NCBI RefSeq assembly: GCF_026571515.1
Contig: NW_026854155.1
Span: 1-64,000 of the forward strand
Length of the DNA: 64,000 nt
Direction of reading: 5' to 3'
Source: Ruditapes philippinarum
Taxonomy: Eukaryota
Each line of letters begins with the position of its first letter. Position 1 is the first letter of the stretch. A program made the translations under genes and the position numbers. Under the pieces are notes generated by a model. The model had not been told where the DNA came from, did no database searches, and saw only the letters and a program-made list of their open reading frames with translations. Shown piece by piece: positions 1 to 13,414 of this stretch.

Positions 1-1289
1 CTTTGGAGTTTCTCCCAAGTTAGCCATCATGGGGGAGATTTTCTCCCATTTTAATTTTGGGAGGTTTCCGCACCATTTTAATTTTGGGAGATTTCTCCCA
101 TTTACTAAATGGGTTAGTTCAGCCAATGGAGAATTCCAAAATTCTTTAAAATATATTCCTCAAATACTTATAAGTTTATTATAAGTATTATATATTCAAC
201 ATATGTAAAAATATTTAGAAAAAAAAAATACTTTTCCTCCACGGTTTTATTCTCCCACTTTAAGAAATGGGGTTTCAAACCCCACTAAAGTCCCAGTGGG
301 ATACGTAAAAACCCGTGGGAGAATTGAAAAAACCCCATGGGAGGTCACACTTTGAACGCTCACATAGCGTTTAATTATTGCGCTATCTTTGTGTAATCGG
401 TCAATAATCGTCTATTTTCATCCAAATTACTGTTTGATTTAACTTTTTGTATTGAAACTATGTTAAAAAGGGTAGTTGAGTTTGCGAAAATTCCGGATTT
501 GCAAACTTATTCCGGAGGCTGTTTTTAACTTAACGACCCCAATAATGTTGTGATTGTTTTCTGAATTGTTTTTACCAACATAAATATAAAATTATTAGCA
601 AACAAATAAGGGTTGAGAGAGTGTCTTTACTTAAAATAAATCTTATAATTTTGTGTACAAAAATTGATAAGGCCAATTGATTTATTACTCTTTTATACAC
701 TGTAAAAAATCGTGTTTCAGACTGAAGAAAATAAATAGATAAACATCAAATTATGACAAACTTTAGTGATAAAAAGCTATTGTAGAACTTGATACATTTT
801 TTTTTCTAATCAGGAGAACGAAGTGCAGTATAGGAAAATATTTGCCAAAAGAAATAATTTATGAAAGCAACAAACGGAAACAAGACATTTACGGTAATTT
901 GTCATTTAAATGTATTATTCCTAATGACAATAGCTGTTAAAGATTGGATTTACGCTGGAACCGTTCACATGTTGTTTACCTCTTTTCATTTTTTACAAGT
1001 AAAATTTTTATTTAAAGCTTATCTGATTATAAACTTTTTTAAAGGATACTTTTAAAAATACTAATATATTGACATACTTTTGCAAATAGGGGACATTAAT
1101 GCACCAAAAAAAAGAGAAAAGATCCAAAGGGAAAACAGTACTTTCCTAGCGCAAATGATCATTTATTTAAAAATATAAACTCCCTTATTATGGGTCTTCA
1201 AACACAAGCATGTTTTCTTTCTAAATAAATCATAGTGTGTAACCTTTTATATCGTATTTTAAACATCCTTTGACTAAACCATTATGTGG

Positions 1290-1490
1290 CCGTGTGAATT
1301 CCAACCACTGACCACTTGTCACCACTGTTGGTTTGAATCCCAACAGGTACTTTGGATTATTTCATGTAACGAAGCTATCCAGCCAGCTTACAAAATGTCA
1401 ACGTTTATACTCAGGTGCCCGTTTATGTCTGAAATAATGCAACAAATGGCACCTGATATTTTTTGTTTTTATTTCAAAAATCCATAGCTA
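1290..1490 (+). mobile_element. Degenerate tRNA-derived SINE fragment
   Basis: B-box-like GGTTTGAATCCC followed by TTCATGT...GAAGCTATCCAGCCAGCTTAC...ACTCAGGTGCCCG...GGCACCTG; related copy at ~30640-30845. Confidence 0.55.
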
Positions 1491-4408
1491 CCTGATTGTT
1501 GTTAAGCTAATTGTAATGTGGGAAACTTTTAAGGATAAAGACAAAGATATCGATTTGTATAAATTTAAATACCAAATAAAGTAATAAAAAGACAAAAATA
1601 CAATCATGTTATTGGCTCGTACATATTACAATACAAGAGTACAATATAAAGTAGACAGAACTTGTATTAGACCGCAGCTGCTTATAAAAATATTAAAGTC
1701 ATAAAAGTTGGAATGCTGTGACCTGAATGACATAATAAATCGCCCTCCCAATCTTATTAGTTTTTTGTTCCTTCAAGCATTCGACATTCTTATGTTTAGC
1801 ATTGCATTTTGTAAGGCTTCAAAGAAATATAATAGATGAAAAACATCAGTAAGGAAGAACAACATTCAAGGAACACATCCCCCGAACAAAAGATTTCCAG
1901 CATTTAGCCCTGAAGGACACTTTATGTCTTAACATTGTTGTTGGACTATATATTGAATAGCCAAACATTTATATTCGAATCGAAGACGGGAAAATTCATA
2001 TAAATGATAATCATCACAATTCAACATGAAAAAAATACGTTATCTTATATCAATTTCGCAAACACTGTAAAGGTTATACCGCGACTTTCCAGGTATACGT
2101 AAAGTTGTATGCATGTATTAAAACAGGCTCAAAATACACATATCTAAAACATGTTGCAAAAGGTCTTGCTTACTTGGAATATTTATTTTACTTATTTCCT
2201 TGTTTTAAGTCAGTCAAAAGGTAACCAAATGTTGGTTACATTATACTTTCTGGACAACACTGGTAATATGTGATTCTACAATGCTCAATTTAGTTAAGCC
2301 CCCTAAGTTGTTTTTCTGCTCTAATATTTTAGTTAGTTCTGCTCCATTTAACATTTAAATCAAAAAAGCAAAAAAGCTTAAAAATTCTATATAGTGAGCA
2401 TTGATGTTAAATATTTTGTGTGTAGCATTATCTGATAAAAATCTAAAAAAAAAAATTGTTCAAATTTTAACCCTTGGGTCATATTTAACCCCGTCTCAGA
2501 CTGTTCCTTATATAGTTTATGCTTCACTTATCTGTTCTTGCAAACTGGGTTTTTCTTAGATATAATGCATGTGACATTGTATTTTGGACCTCCAACAAAT
2601 GTGTTCACAATTGGTTTCATCCTGGGGTCGGGGTGAGGGATTTTCCTTCTAGGAATACAATAACTTTTTTTTCTACAACCTATAAGACTTTAAGCCTACA
2701 TATTTGACACATTTGACATAAACGTTTTAATTAATAACATAGAACGACTTTCACACTCTTTTTAAAAGTTGAACATTACAGGTAATTTTATGGTAATTTC
2801 TAACATAATTCCTTTCGCGATGTGTATTGTTCAATAGACATGTTAGACAGACTGAAATAAATTAATAATGGCTAATTGTAAATTCATTTTGACTTTCTCC
2901 TATTCATATATATACCCTTGAATAGGCATAATGCCACTTTAATAACACACTTATTTTTCAGAAAATATATAAATAGGAGCTGCCGAACTTCAGAATATTA
3001 TTACCTAATATAACAGGGAAAACAATAATAAAACACTGAGACAAGATTGACCAAACGAATGAACGAGTAAAAAATGTATAAATAAATGATTATAATAACA
3101 GATTTATCGATGAATTGATAAATTATAATCATTTAAAATCAAATTGTATAAAATCATCTGGAAAATAAAGCTATAGCTAGATAACCACAGTAAGTGACAA
3201 CATTTACATCATTGAAAAAGAGCTGTAATGTTAAAGGAAAACTAAGGTAAATTAATTACAAAAATATTAAAGTGAACTTTTGTACTTAAATCAAGCTTAA
3301 ATAAACATTTGTTTTAAGTTCAAGCATAAATTTTTGTTTAAATTCTAAATATGTTGGGTTTTATGAGTAAATATATTTATATATTTTGATCGAAATTAGA
3401 CGCCTACAGAATCACCAAATAGGTTTAAAGCAAGTCTTGTGACTTAAACAAACACTGGAAGTTACCAGACAGATATTGTGGATATTGTATGATTGAAACA
3501 AATCTAAGTCATTCATTTGACATGTTCTTGCACGTTTCCCACAACTTTTGTGAAATCATAGCGCTCTAATTTAACCCACGTGGATCAGGTTAGCAAACCA
3601 TCATTTTATAAGGAGAAAAGTTTTTTCCCATAACTACCTAGTGCATTTATTTTTAGGACATTTGCAGAAAAATAATGAATGAAAAATTCAAAACGAAGAA
3701 ATGAAAGTTTTGCTTTTGTCTCCATTTAATCAATCTGCAACCTGATATAACTTTGTCATGGTAAATACGATTTTGTTTTAAATACAAAGGTACTTGTTTC
3801 CGTTTAGATAGTTTGAATTGTATCGTTAAATAACTAGTGGTATCAAATTACAACTTTCGGCCTATTCATTCACACGTTTAGCTTTGTCATTGTGAAGCAA
3901 ATGAGTAAACGCATTGTGTATGGACAAACAATCCATATTGTTTCATACAGATCAAGTGTTAATTTCTATCATAGATTTCTAATTTATAAACCCTTTAATA
4001 TTTAAAAAACGGGAAAGGGAAAAACGAGCAACTGAAATGTAAGTGGAAAAAAGATCGCACTTTTCTTGATTTTGTTTCCCCTAAAAAATTAAACAAAGTA
4101 TTTCCTTTTGGGGAAAATAATTTTCAAATTTTGCCAAAATTTAAAACCCTTGCTATATCAAAAAAAACACAAACCCAAACATATTTAAAAAAGGCTTGAA
4201 CTTGCATGTTTTACTGATACGAATCAGTTTTTGTCCGTATGAATAGAAATTATTTGTTTTTTGTATTTATTTTCCCAGGACTGTATTATAACATAATCTT
4301 CTGTTTGAGTGACAAACTATTTAAGTATAATTTTTATGGCATATAAGTTAGAACATTACTTCTGCCAGTCAGTGTTGGTAATAGTGAGAAAATTTAGATG
4401 AGGACAAA

Positions 4409-7400
4409 ATGAAGACACTATTCCAGAAGTTTGTAATATTTTCTGCATTATCGTTGCTTTTTGAGCCGACCTTTTGTGAAAAGATCAAACGTTTTACATC
4501 TAACGAACGAAATGCTGGAATACTAGAAATACGAAATGTACGGTCGTTGTTGAAATGTTCCATTCACTTTCAACACAATGCGCATTTCAAGTCGTTTAAC
4601 TATCACAAAACTGATCAAATATGCGAACTGAGTAACCTTTATCCGGAAAGCTCAACAACAGAGGAAGGCTGGTCAGTCTACGCATATATCGGTAAGTTTA
4701 ATTTGAAATGTTGACAGTATTATTTTTTTAAGAAATTGTCAGGTATTTTATATGTCTAATCTTTGTCAAGGCGAGCCTTGAAATCACCAAATAGATAGAT
4801 ACGTAATTCGAGGTCATTTATGGAACATTGCGTACTCTTCAAGTATAGTAAATTATGTAATTTGATTATTACAAGACATGATTGTATATCCGTATTGAAT
4901 ACCTTTCATATAAACTGATAGAAATCAATTAGACAACTAACGCACATATTTGCTAGATTTTGTACCATTGTATACGCAAAAAAAATGTAATTTCTGAAAA
5001 AAAAAATTGAAAGATAATCTTAAAATTATTTTGAAGATAACACACAACATCTGTGCAAAATAGTTTGATATATACTTACTATGCATCTTTAGTCAAAATA
5101 ATTGTGTAATAAGTGAAAATCAGGAGGACATACGACAACAACATGGACACATTGATAAAATCTTTAAAATTTTAAATCATTACAGTAACACATTTAATTT
5201 GAATTGAATGATAACTTGTGTAAACACAGTGTGCATTTAATGAAAATTGCCTTGATGTTTTACTCTATTGCAATATCTTGTCCTGACCTGACTATTTTAT
5301 AAGTTATACACAAAAGGACATTACAAATAACACGATCTTGATAGTTATTGTTGCTAGTTAATCGTATTTGTTGCGGAGGTTTCTTAATTTCAAAGATCAT
5401 GTGTTAATGTGAAAAAAAATTGATTAAGCTGCTGCTGGTTGGGCGTCGGCACTGACTTACAACTTTCTTTTCAATACCGTTCATGAAGGCTTGGTCGTTT
5501 TAAAGCTTTTTTAGATTGTAATTTCTTTTCAATTTGAACATGTAAAACAACTTTTACTGTGGGGGCGATATGAACTGATTACGTTCATACAACATATATT
5601 ATTTTGTTTACTTTCTTGTGTCAACTAAATTTACCGACCATGAAATGTTAATAAACTAAACGTGTTTTGTTCCGGAATAAGGGACTTTAAAATTTTTATC
5701 AGAAATTGAATTATTTAAATAAATGTATCAAACCATAATTCTATTCATTATTTTAGAGACCCCTTAACACCATAAAAGATTTTATGTTCATTTCCCGAAA
5801 GCTTTTTTTGTAATTGATGTCCTGTTACAGTTTCAAAAAAGTGGCTCATTACCATAAGAGCTCAGATATTATTTAATTATGTTGTTTTTCGTGAATTTGT
5901 ACTGTTAAAATAATTATGTATTGTGTGTGGAATTAAAAATACTACTTAGTTTACATTTGTCTCCGTTAGTGACAAATAATTTTAATTTCAGTCCTATTTT
6001 CTCAGGGAATAAGTCTTTAGCATGCTCTTAAACCATGATATAAACATTAAAAAGCTAATTTTTGCCTTTATTATGAAGGACACACTATTTGTTTCAGAGG
6101 CCGATTTATATGTGCCTCTAGATAGTAAAGGACAGTTCCCTTTTTAAGATTTCGGCTTTTCTTTACCTCAAAACCTTAGCATTTTAACGTCCTTTATGAT
6201 GGAATAGCATGATTTTATTAGAAAACGTTTTACATTTATTTTCTTTGAATAAAAAGTCGATGGTTCCTGGGGTAATTGGCTGAACTGGGGCTCGTGTTCC
6301 GTTACATGTGGGGATGGAACAATGTCAAGGTCAAGGATTTGCAACAACCCGACACCTAGCAACGGAGGAGAGCAATGTCAAGGGTCAGATCTCGAAAATC
6401 ATGGTTGCAACGCTGGAGCATGCATGGCGTTTGGTACATTCGTTACTATCTTTCATAAAGGGACTCGACTAAGGTTTTTTTGACAATACGAGACTGAAAT
6501 AGTTTGTTTTGATAGAGGTTTTGTTTTCATTACTTGTTTTAATTGAGTACACCAGTTGATCTATGTAGAACGATATTTTCTATGATTCTTGGCTTGTGAA
6601 TTTCATTGGAGTTCCTTAAAATAGATAAACTACAAGAAAAATGGTTTGACTACATAGTTTTTGTCAACAACTCAATGACCTGATTAACAATTATTAGTAT
6701 GTTTTGTCTCTCATTTAGGCTGGACATTTTTCGAGACTTTATTTGAATACGTTTTTCATTTATTTTCTTTGAATAAAAGTCGATGGTTCCTGGGGTAATT
6801 GGCTGAACTGGGGCTCGTGTTCCGTGACATGTGGAGATGGAACAATGTCAAGGTCAAGGATTTGCAATAACCCGTCACCTAGCAACGGAGGAGAGCAATG
6901 TCAAGGGTCTGATCTCGAAAATCATGGTTGTAACGGTGGAGAATGCATGGCGTTTGGTACATTTGTTACTATCTTACTTAAAGGGACTCCACTTAGGTTT
7001 TTTGACAATATGGGACTGAAAATAGTTTGTTTTGTTAGATATGTTGTTTTCATTTGTCTTGACTTGATCTTGTATGCAAAATTTCAGCTCATCTGCCTGC
7101 TCTATTTTTTGTGAGTATCATATCATAATTATGAAAATTCACCACAAATCACCAAAACATCCGGGTAAGCAAAGAAAAAAGAATGTCGATGTATTTCTGA
7201 TTATTTGCTTTAATTTAGTACACCAGATCTAGATGAACTATGTTAGAAACTATTTTCTATGAGTCTTGGCTTGTGAATCTCTTTGAGGTTGCTTAAATAG
7301 ATAAACTACAAGAAAAAAACCGAGCCTGCAACATTTTCTATTTTGTTGTGTTTGACTTTCTTTAGGGATTCTGTCATTCTCTATTCGTCAACAACTCAAT

Positions 7401-10400
7401 TACCTGATTAACAATTACTAGTATGTTTCTCATTTAGGCTGGACACATTAAGGAATGCGAAAAAATAAAGAAACCATGTATTTATCATTTCTTGCATATT
7501 GATCGTTTTTAACCTTTATTGCAGTCAATGGCTATCACTTGAGTACAGTGTCCGCCAATTGGAACACTGCAAAGGTTAGAACTGGTTTAAATTTGTTTTT
7601 TATATATAGGCACATTATCTTTCAGAGATCCATGTTCATCTCTTTTTTTTTGAAAGTCAAACAGAAGTTAAATGAAATTTTATTTATGGATTCAGAACAT
7701 GTTTGATGTGTTGATTGTTAAGAAGAATTGAAGCATAAAGGAAGCACTTTGTAAAGACTTTCGTACAATGCTTATCAATTTGTATATGAGTTTGGTATTA
7801 CGGCAGAGGAATAAATTTCGTCAGATTCATTTTTTTAAATTTCTAAATGGCGGGAAAACGTGTTACATGATTCAAAATTGTCGATAAGTGCCAACTTTTA
7901 TTTGAGTTATTTTTTTGTAGGATTTTGTATCAATTTTAATGATATTATCACTGGAACCATGTTTTCTGAATATGACCATTGTCTGTAAAGGTTTCTTTAG
8001 AAAGGGCAATTAAGTGCTTTTAGCGTGGTCAGTTTGTTTTTTCTAATATATTCTTCATATAAAATGTCGGCTTTTAAGTATATATATATCACACGTGTAG
8101 AATCATATTTTTTTCAGGCAATCTGTGAAGGTGCATCTGCAAGATTGGTGATAATTGATAGTCAAGTAAAAATGGACAATTTGCTAGCACTATACAATAA
8201 TCAAGGTGAAAATCATAAAAATAGACGATATGAAAATGATCCTATCACTATCACTTGAAAACAATAATTTGAATGTTCCACTACTTCAAAACGTGAATTT
8301 ATAAAAGAATTGATATAAAGGATGTAAAGAAACTGTCGCAGTATGGCATGAACATATTAAGCTTACTTTCTAATTAATAACGATACCTATTTTTATTTAC
8401 CTCATTAAAACATCAATTAAATATGAAAATAAATTTTATTGTACAATTTTATGACAGATATTTACTCTTCAGATGTTTTTTGTTATTAAAATTTCTTCAA
8501 GCATGATTATAGATAGCTCTAAATTGTGGTTTGTTTAATCTAAATTAATCATAAATGTTATTATTTCCCTAGACTTTGATCATTGGATTGGAATGACCTG
8601 TGATTTTGGTACAAATTGCCAATGGATTGATGGCCGAACAGCTGTTTCTGGATTCCAAGTAATATATCAATTAATGTTTTTCATAAGATAGAGTAACCGT
8701 TTGTCGTGTCACATCTTATAATGACGTCCTTAAGACTAGAAAAGCTAGACACATCACGGCATTTTTTTGTGTCGGTTAAAGAGAACTCAATTTCATGGTG
8801 TTGTTAAGCTATAATAAACTAGAATTTTCATGGCGTTACTATGCCTCGATTTACTAGACCTACCATTACATTGTCGTTGTTATGCTTCTGTTAACTAGAA
8901 TTTCCAGTATGTCAGAAAGGTGAAGATTGAACGATTATAAATGAATTTGTTTTTGTGTAGTGCAAGCAATTCTGTTTCCCTGTGTTATAACTGTAGTAAA
9001 TTTGCTATAAGGGTAATTGTAACACTGCTATTCAATTTATTGTCTATTTGGCTTAAACATTTAACAACAAACAATAAAATACAACAACAACATAAGTAGC
9101 CTTAACTTGGATTTGATTCCAAGACCTCTCGCTTCCTAAACGAGCGTGTAACCCTTGGACCACGGTGAAGCTATAAAAATGCCTGAAGCAAACCGCATTA
9201 TTCTAATTACGGTTTGAAATCCTTATTAAATTCGAATTAAATTGAAATCGATCGTCGACTGCCTAAAGTCGTCCCTGTCCTTGATCAATTTCCTTACTTT
9301 ATTTTTTAGAAAGTCTAAATAACAAGCAATTTTCATTGATTAAAATGATATTCATCCGCGTTACAAAATTATTTGAATGCATTACCGGTAATTTGTGTAA
9401 TATTAAAGAATTACACTTTATTAGAAATCTTCAACTATTCTATCTTCCCTGAGAAGGTTTAAAAAATTAATGCCCCTGTCATTTGACAATCTTTATGCAG
9501 TTATCTCCCCTTAATTTGTCGGCGTAGGTATACTTATGAAGGGAAGTAACCGCTTTGAGGATTTCGTGACGAACTACTTGCGGATTTTGCAGATAAGCAT
9601 ATCAGGGTCTGAAATATCGCTTCCATTATTTCTTGGTCTGACGACCCAAACAAATAAAAACGATATTTCACTAGTGTAATAACACTTACACGAGAAGTCA
9701 TTTGCGATATACAAAAAATAGCGCTACTTTTAAGTGCGCTTATGTTAACGTTACGTTATAAGCGCGTCAATTAAAATGACTCTTTTAAACAGTTTACCGT
9801 TCTTATTTTATATGATCAATAATGCATTCATTATATTGAGGGTTAATTCAATACTCAATTTATTACACTCGTTGCATTATGCTCGCCAGAGGCTCACATA
9901 ATATGATTTTATTTTATTTTTGCAATAAATTTATTATTAATTCTTCACTCATTCAATATCTGGTATATACTTTGTACTTCTTTGTTTTTTAATCGTTTAG
10001 ATGTGTTTACGTTTTTATCATTTCCTTAGTATTTTGTTTTGTCAAAGCATATCTTGTGAAAAAGAACAAACGTTCACTAAACAATGATGTTTCTAAATTG
10101 TAATGGTATCATGTATATCGTCGTTAATCAAATAAGCATGTAAGTATAACGCAAAACTATTGTTTTGCTTAAATGTCAAACACTGTGGTTTAGAAATAAA
10201 GTATAGTGGTTTTATACTATGTATTTTTGACACGTTTGTGTAATTTGTATGTAGCTTCGGAAAAGTGAATAGCTTTAAAGGGTGAAGTAAAACTGTAAAT
10301 TTCTACAGTTTTTCTTATTACTAAAGGGATATTAAGAACAAAATATATTGCTAAAGAAAAATTATTTTGTAACAAAACGTTTCGGTCAGTTTTTAATGAT

Positions 10401-12171
10401 GCTTATACGTTAAAGTGATGTTATGTTAAAGCACATACTAATTTTCAGCGTAATTAAAAAAATAAATCATAAAACAATAAGAAAACATTTTGTCTCACGT
10501 TTGTAATATCATTTAATAGTTTTATTTGGTCAGTATATACTTTAAGAAGTTATTTGTATAGTTAGCAAAGATATTTGTATGGAACTATATTTTTTACAGT
10601 CCTGGGCTCCACGTGAACCAAACAGTGAGAATTATGTATATATGTTTTTTTTAACAACAACTGGGATGATACTTTCTGCAGCGATAACAAATTCTACATT
10701 TGTGAACAAATCTACAAATTATTACTATCAGATCAGAAAGAAAATATGTCCATATTTTTTTTTAATTTAAAACCACCCATATCGAATGGCTGTTATGCTA
10801 ATTACAAAAAAGAAACAAAATAAGACAAAAAACATCACAAAACCAGGTTTCAAATCATCACCTTTGCTTAAATGTATGTTGTAGTTGGAATACAAACACA
10901 AGCAACGTTAACGTACAATTAATGTGCTACGTGCTATGTAAAAAAAATGAAACAAAAGTTATAAGTAAGTTTTTTTAAAATATCATTAGAAGGAAAAATT
11001 AAAATTCTCTTCAAAATTATCCTGGGGGATGGTAATAAAAATATATCATTTCTAAATTTAGTTATTGATCGGAAATCGATTTTCTATTTAGTAACAGTAA
11101 CCAACACCCAAAGGCTATCTTAAGTGTGGTCCTCACATCAGCTTGGTATACAGCAGGTTTCATTAAAACATTTCGTTCCAAACTCTAGTAATTGACTGGA
11201 AATCGATATTATATTTTAGTAATATTACCCATTATCTCGATTCTATGAGACCAAAAAGCAATTCAAAGGAGATTTTCTCATAAGCTTAGTTTACACCAAG
11301 TTTCACTGAACTATCATTTTCCAAACTCAAAATAATTTTCTAATTTAGTAACAGACATGTCAAAAGTAATACACAACACTATTCGGCTTACATATCACCA
11401 CGTTAACTTGAAATGTTTCATTTTCCAAGATCAAGTATTGACCGGAAACTGATTATCTATCTTAAGTAACAGCGACTTTGTCCCTAGGTGACCCAAAAGC
11501 CATTACAAGCGAGGTCTATATACTTTTGTACTTCACAACAGCAGGTGTCAAGTGCCGTGTGGCAGCCGTAAAAAGTTGCCCGTAGTCACTTTATTGTTGT
11601 TATATTTTTCTGGTCCTTCGGGATCATTGATGCCAACACTATAAAGTGCTGCAAATTGAGTACCACTCAAGCCTGTGCTTGGGGGCGTGAGGGATATTGC
11701 ACTTATTCATTATCCCTCATGTACAGATTAAACAAACCGAGTCTGCAATTTTTATGTTATTTTGTTGTGATTAATGCTTCCGAGGGATCACTTTATTTCC
11801 AGAATTTTATAATATCTTAATTTACACCAATTTACATTTCTTAGTCTACTTATTGATTATTAACCGATTTTCAACTTTTAAGTAACAGTGATCTTGACCT
11901 TGAATATTCATGACTCATAAAACATAAAACAATAAGAAAACATTTTGTTTTACGTTTTCTAATATCATTTAATAGCTTTTTTGGTCAGTATATACTTTAA
12001 GAAGTTATTTGTATAGTTAGCAAAGACATTTATATGGAACTATAATTTTTACAGTCCTGGGCTCCGTTTGAACCAAACAGTGAGAATTGTGTATATATGG
12101 GTTATTTCAACAACAACTGGGATGATACCTCCTGCAGCGATAACAAATTCTACATTTGTGAACAAATCTAA
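4409..12171 (+). CDS. Gene A: secreted PAN/apple-like + 2x TSP1 + C-type lectin (EPN) protein, ~325 aa; join(4409..4691,6257..6433,6780..6956,7525..7574,8118..8205,8573..8658,12055..12171)
   Basis: Exon 1 gives a hydrophobic N-terminus (MKTLFQKFVIFSALSLLFEPTFC) and a PAN-like RSLLKC...KSFNY...ICELS...GWSVY, ending G|gtaag. Two 177-nt phase-1/1 exons encode VDGSWGNWLNWGSCSVTCGDGTMSRSRICNNP...C (TSP1). Four exons assemble a CTLD: VNGYHLSTVSANWNTAK/AICEGASARLVIIDS.../DFDHWIGMTCDFGTNCQWIDG.../SWAPFEPNSENCVYMGYFNNNWDDTSCSDNKFYICEQI*. All introns are GT-AG, the 978 nt are in frame, and homologous exon sizes match paralogue D. Confidence 0.85.
10600..10716 (+). pseudogene. Degenerate duplicate of gene A terminal C-type lectin exon
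   Basis: ttacag|TCCTGGGCTCCACGTGAACCAAACAGTGAGAAT... is near-identical to 12055-12171 but has Cys->Tyr (TAT), a -1 frameshift in a T8 run, and a lost stop (TAC). Confidence 0.8.
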
Positions 12172-13414
12172 AAGAAACTATCTACTATCTGGTCAGAAAG
12201 GAAATATATTCTGCAGGTGTTTTTTTTTTATACCTTTAATATATTTTATTTCTTTATTTGTAGCGTGATTTCAAAGTCTTTATAAACATCTTAAAGAATA
12301 TAAGAAGCGAATAAGAACGCTTCGAATGCACCTTTCAAATACTAAAGAGAAACGCTGATAACACCAGTCGTACAAATACACATCTACATAACTTAATTGT
12401 TAGCAGCATTATAACATTTGTCTAAATATTATAATATTATCTAATGAAGCCTGTTCTTGGTTGTTGTCATGGAAAAAACAAAATAAATCGTCTCCAAGTT
12501 TGAAATGCAAATCTGAATTTGTTAGCATTTCAACAGTTTGACGGCTGGCGACAGGTCAAACTATTTGCAGACGGACTTTTTAGAGGTAAAGAGTTCATGT
12601 TTACACAAGATATACTTTAAGATTTATTCAAAAACGTTCTGACAAATATCTACTGATCCGAATGATTTATTAATGTTGTTAATAATTTAGTAAATGATTT
12701 AGAAAAAAAGAAGATTTTAAAGGAAATTAATGCTGAATAGAATAGACATGTCAAGTTGGCATTACATTTTGTTCAGATTACATTAAAAAAGCACCAATGT
12801 ACGAGATCCAAACTAACACTTTTACCAAGAAATACTTAAGTGGGCATTGCATTGTTTCTTAACATCTCAATTTTTAAGTTATAGAAGTTTGGAAAAATAC
12901 GAACATTCTGATAAATTCGGTAAAACACAACTATTCGCTGCAAAGCTGTTCTATTGTTATTTTCATAATAGATTAAATTTGAAAATGATTTATGCTTGTA
13001 TTCTGCTTGTCAACTTGAGTTCTAACTTTTAAATCATTTTTGATACCCAATAATTATTTTTTGTTAACATTTTGAAGATCTATTTAACGCTGGTTGAAAT
13101 AGATAGCATGAGAAATGGATTTTAAACAACAGATAACAGGAGAAGATTTAAACAATCTAAAGAATTATTTAATTGGTTGAGCTGCCGTGTAAGTGATATT
13201 ATTTAAGACAAATAAAGTAGCTTAAGGACTTTCCAAATATACGTTTATCACAAAGATCTATATAATTGTATAGACATGTGATTTAAAGCGCTACTTGCTT
13301 TTGTTTTATAATATCAGGCCTTTTGAACATAAATAAAGGTCTTGCGTTGTAAATGCGTTTTATATTTATATAACGTCAATGCACGTTTTAATTTTTAGAA
13401 TAGATTTGGTAATA

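Noticed and set aside
4270-4330. Conserved TTCCC(A/G)GGAC and TATTTAAGTAT upstream of the paralogues as STAT site / TATA box
   Set aside because: Does not fit TTC-N3-GAA, the TSS is unknown, and conservation is expected from recent duplication.
4369-4563. Minus-strand ORFs overlapping exons (also 6168-6362, 26357-26578, 38419-38679, 46896-47111) and the plus-strand ORF 53738-54067
   Set aside because: Antisense shadows of real exons or of the transposase; no domain features.
7439-7460. Conserved tttag|GCTGGACA (also ~6719, ~47687) as an extra exon
   Set aside because: In the required phase it hits TAA after 3-4 codons in A (7439) and D; explained as duplicated intron sequence.
9100-9170. 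tRNA-like fragment on the minus strand
   Set aside because: Too degenerate to call; probably an old SINE head.
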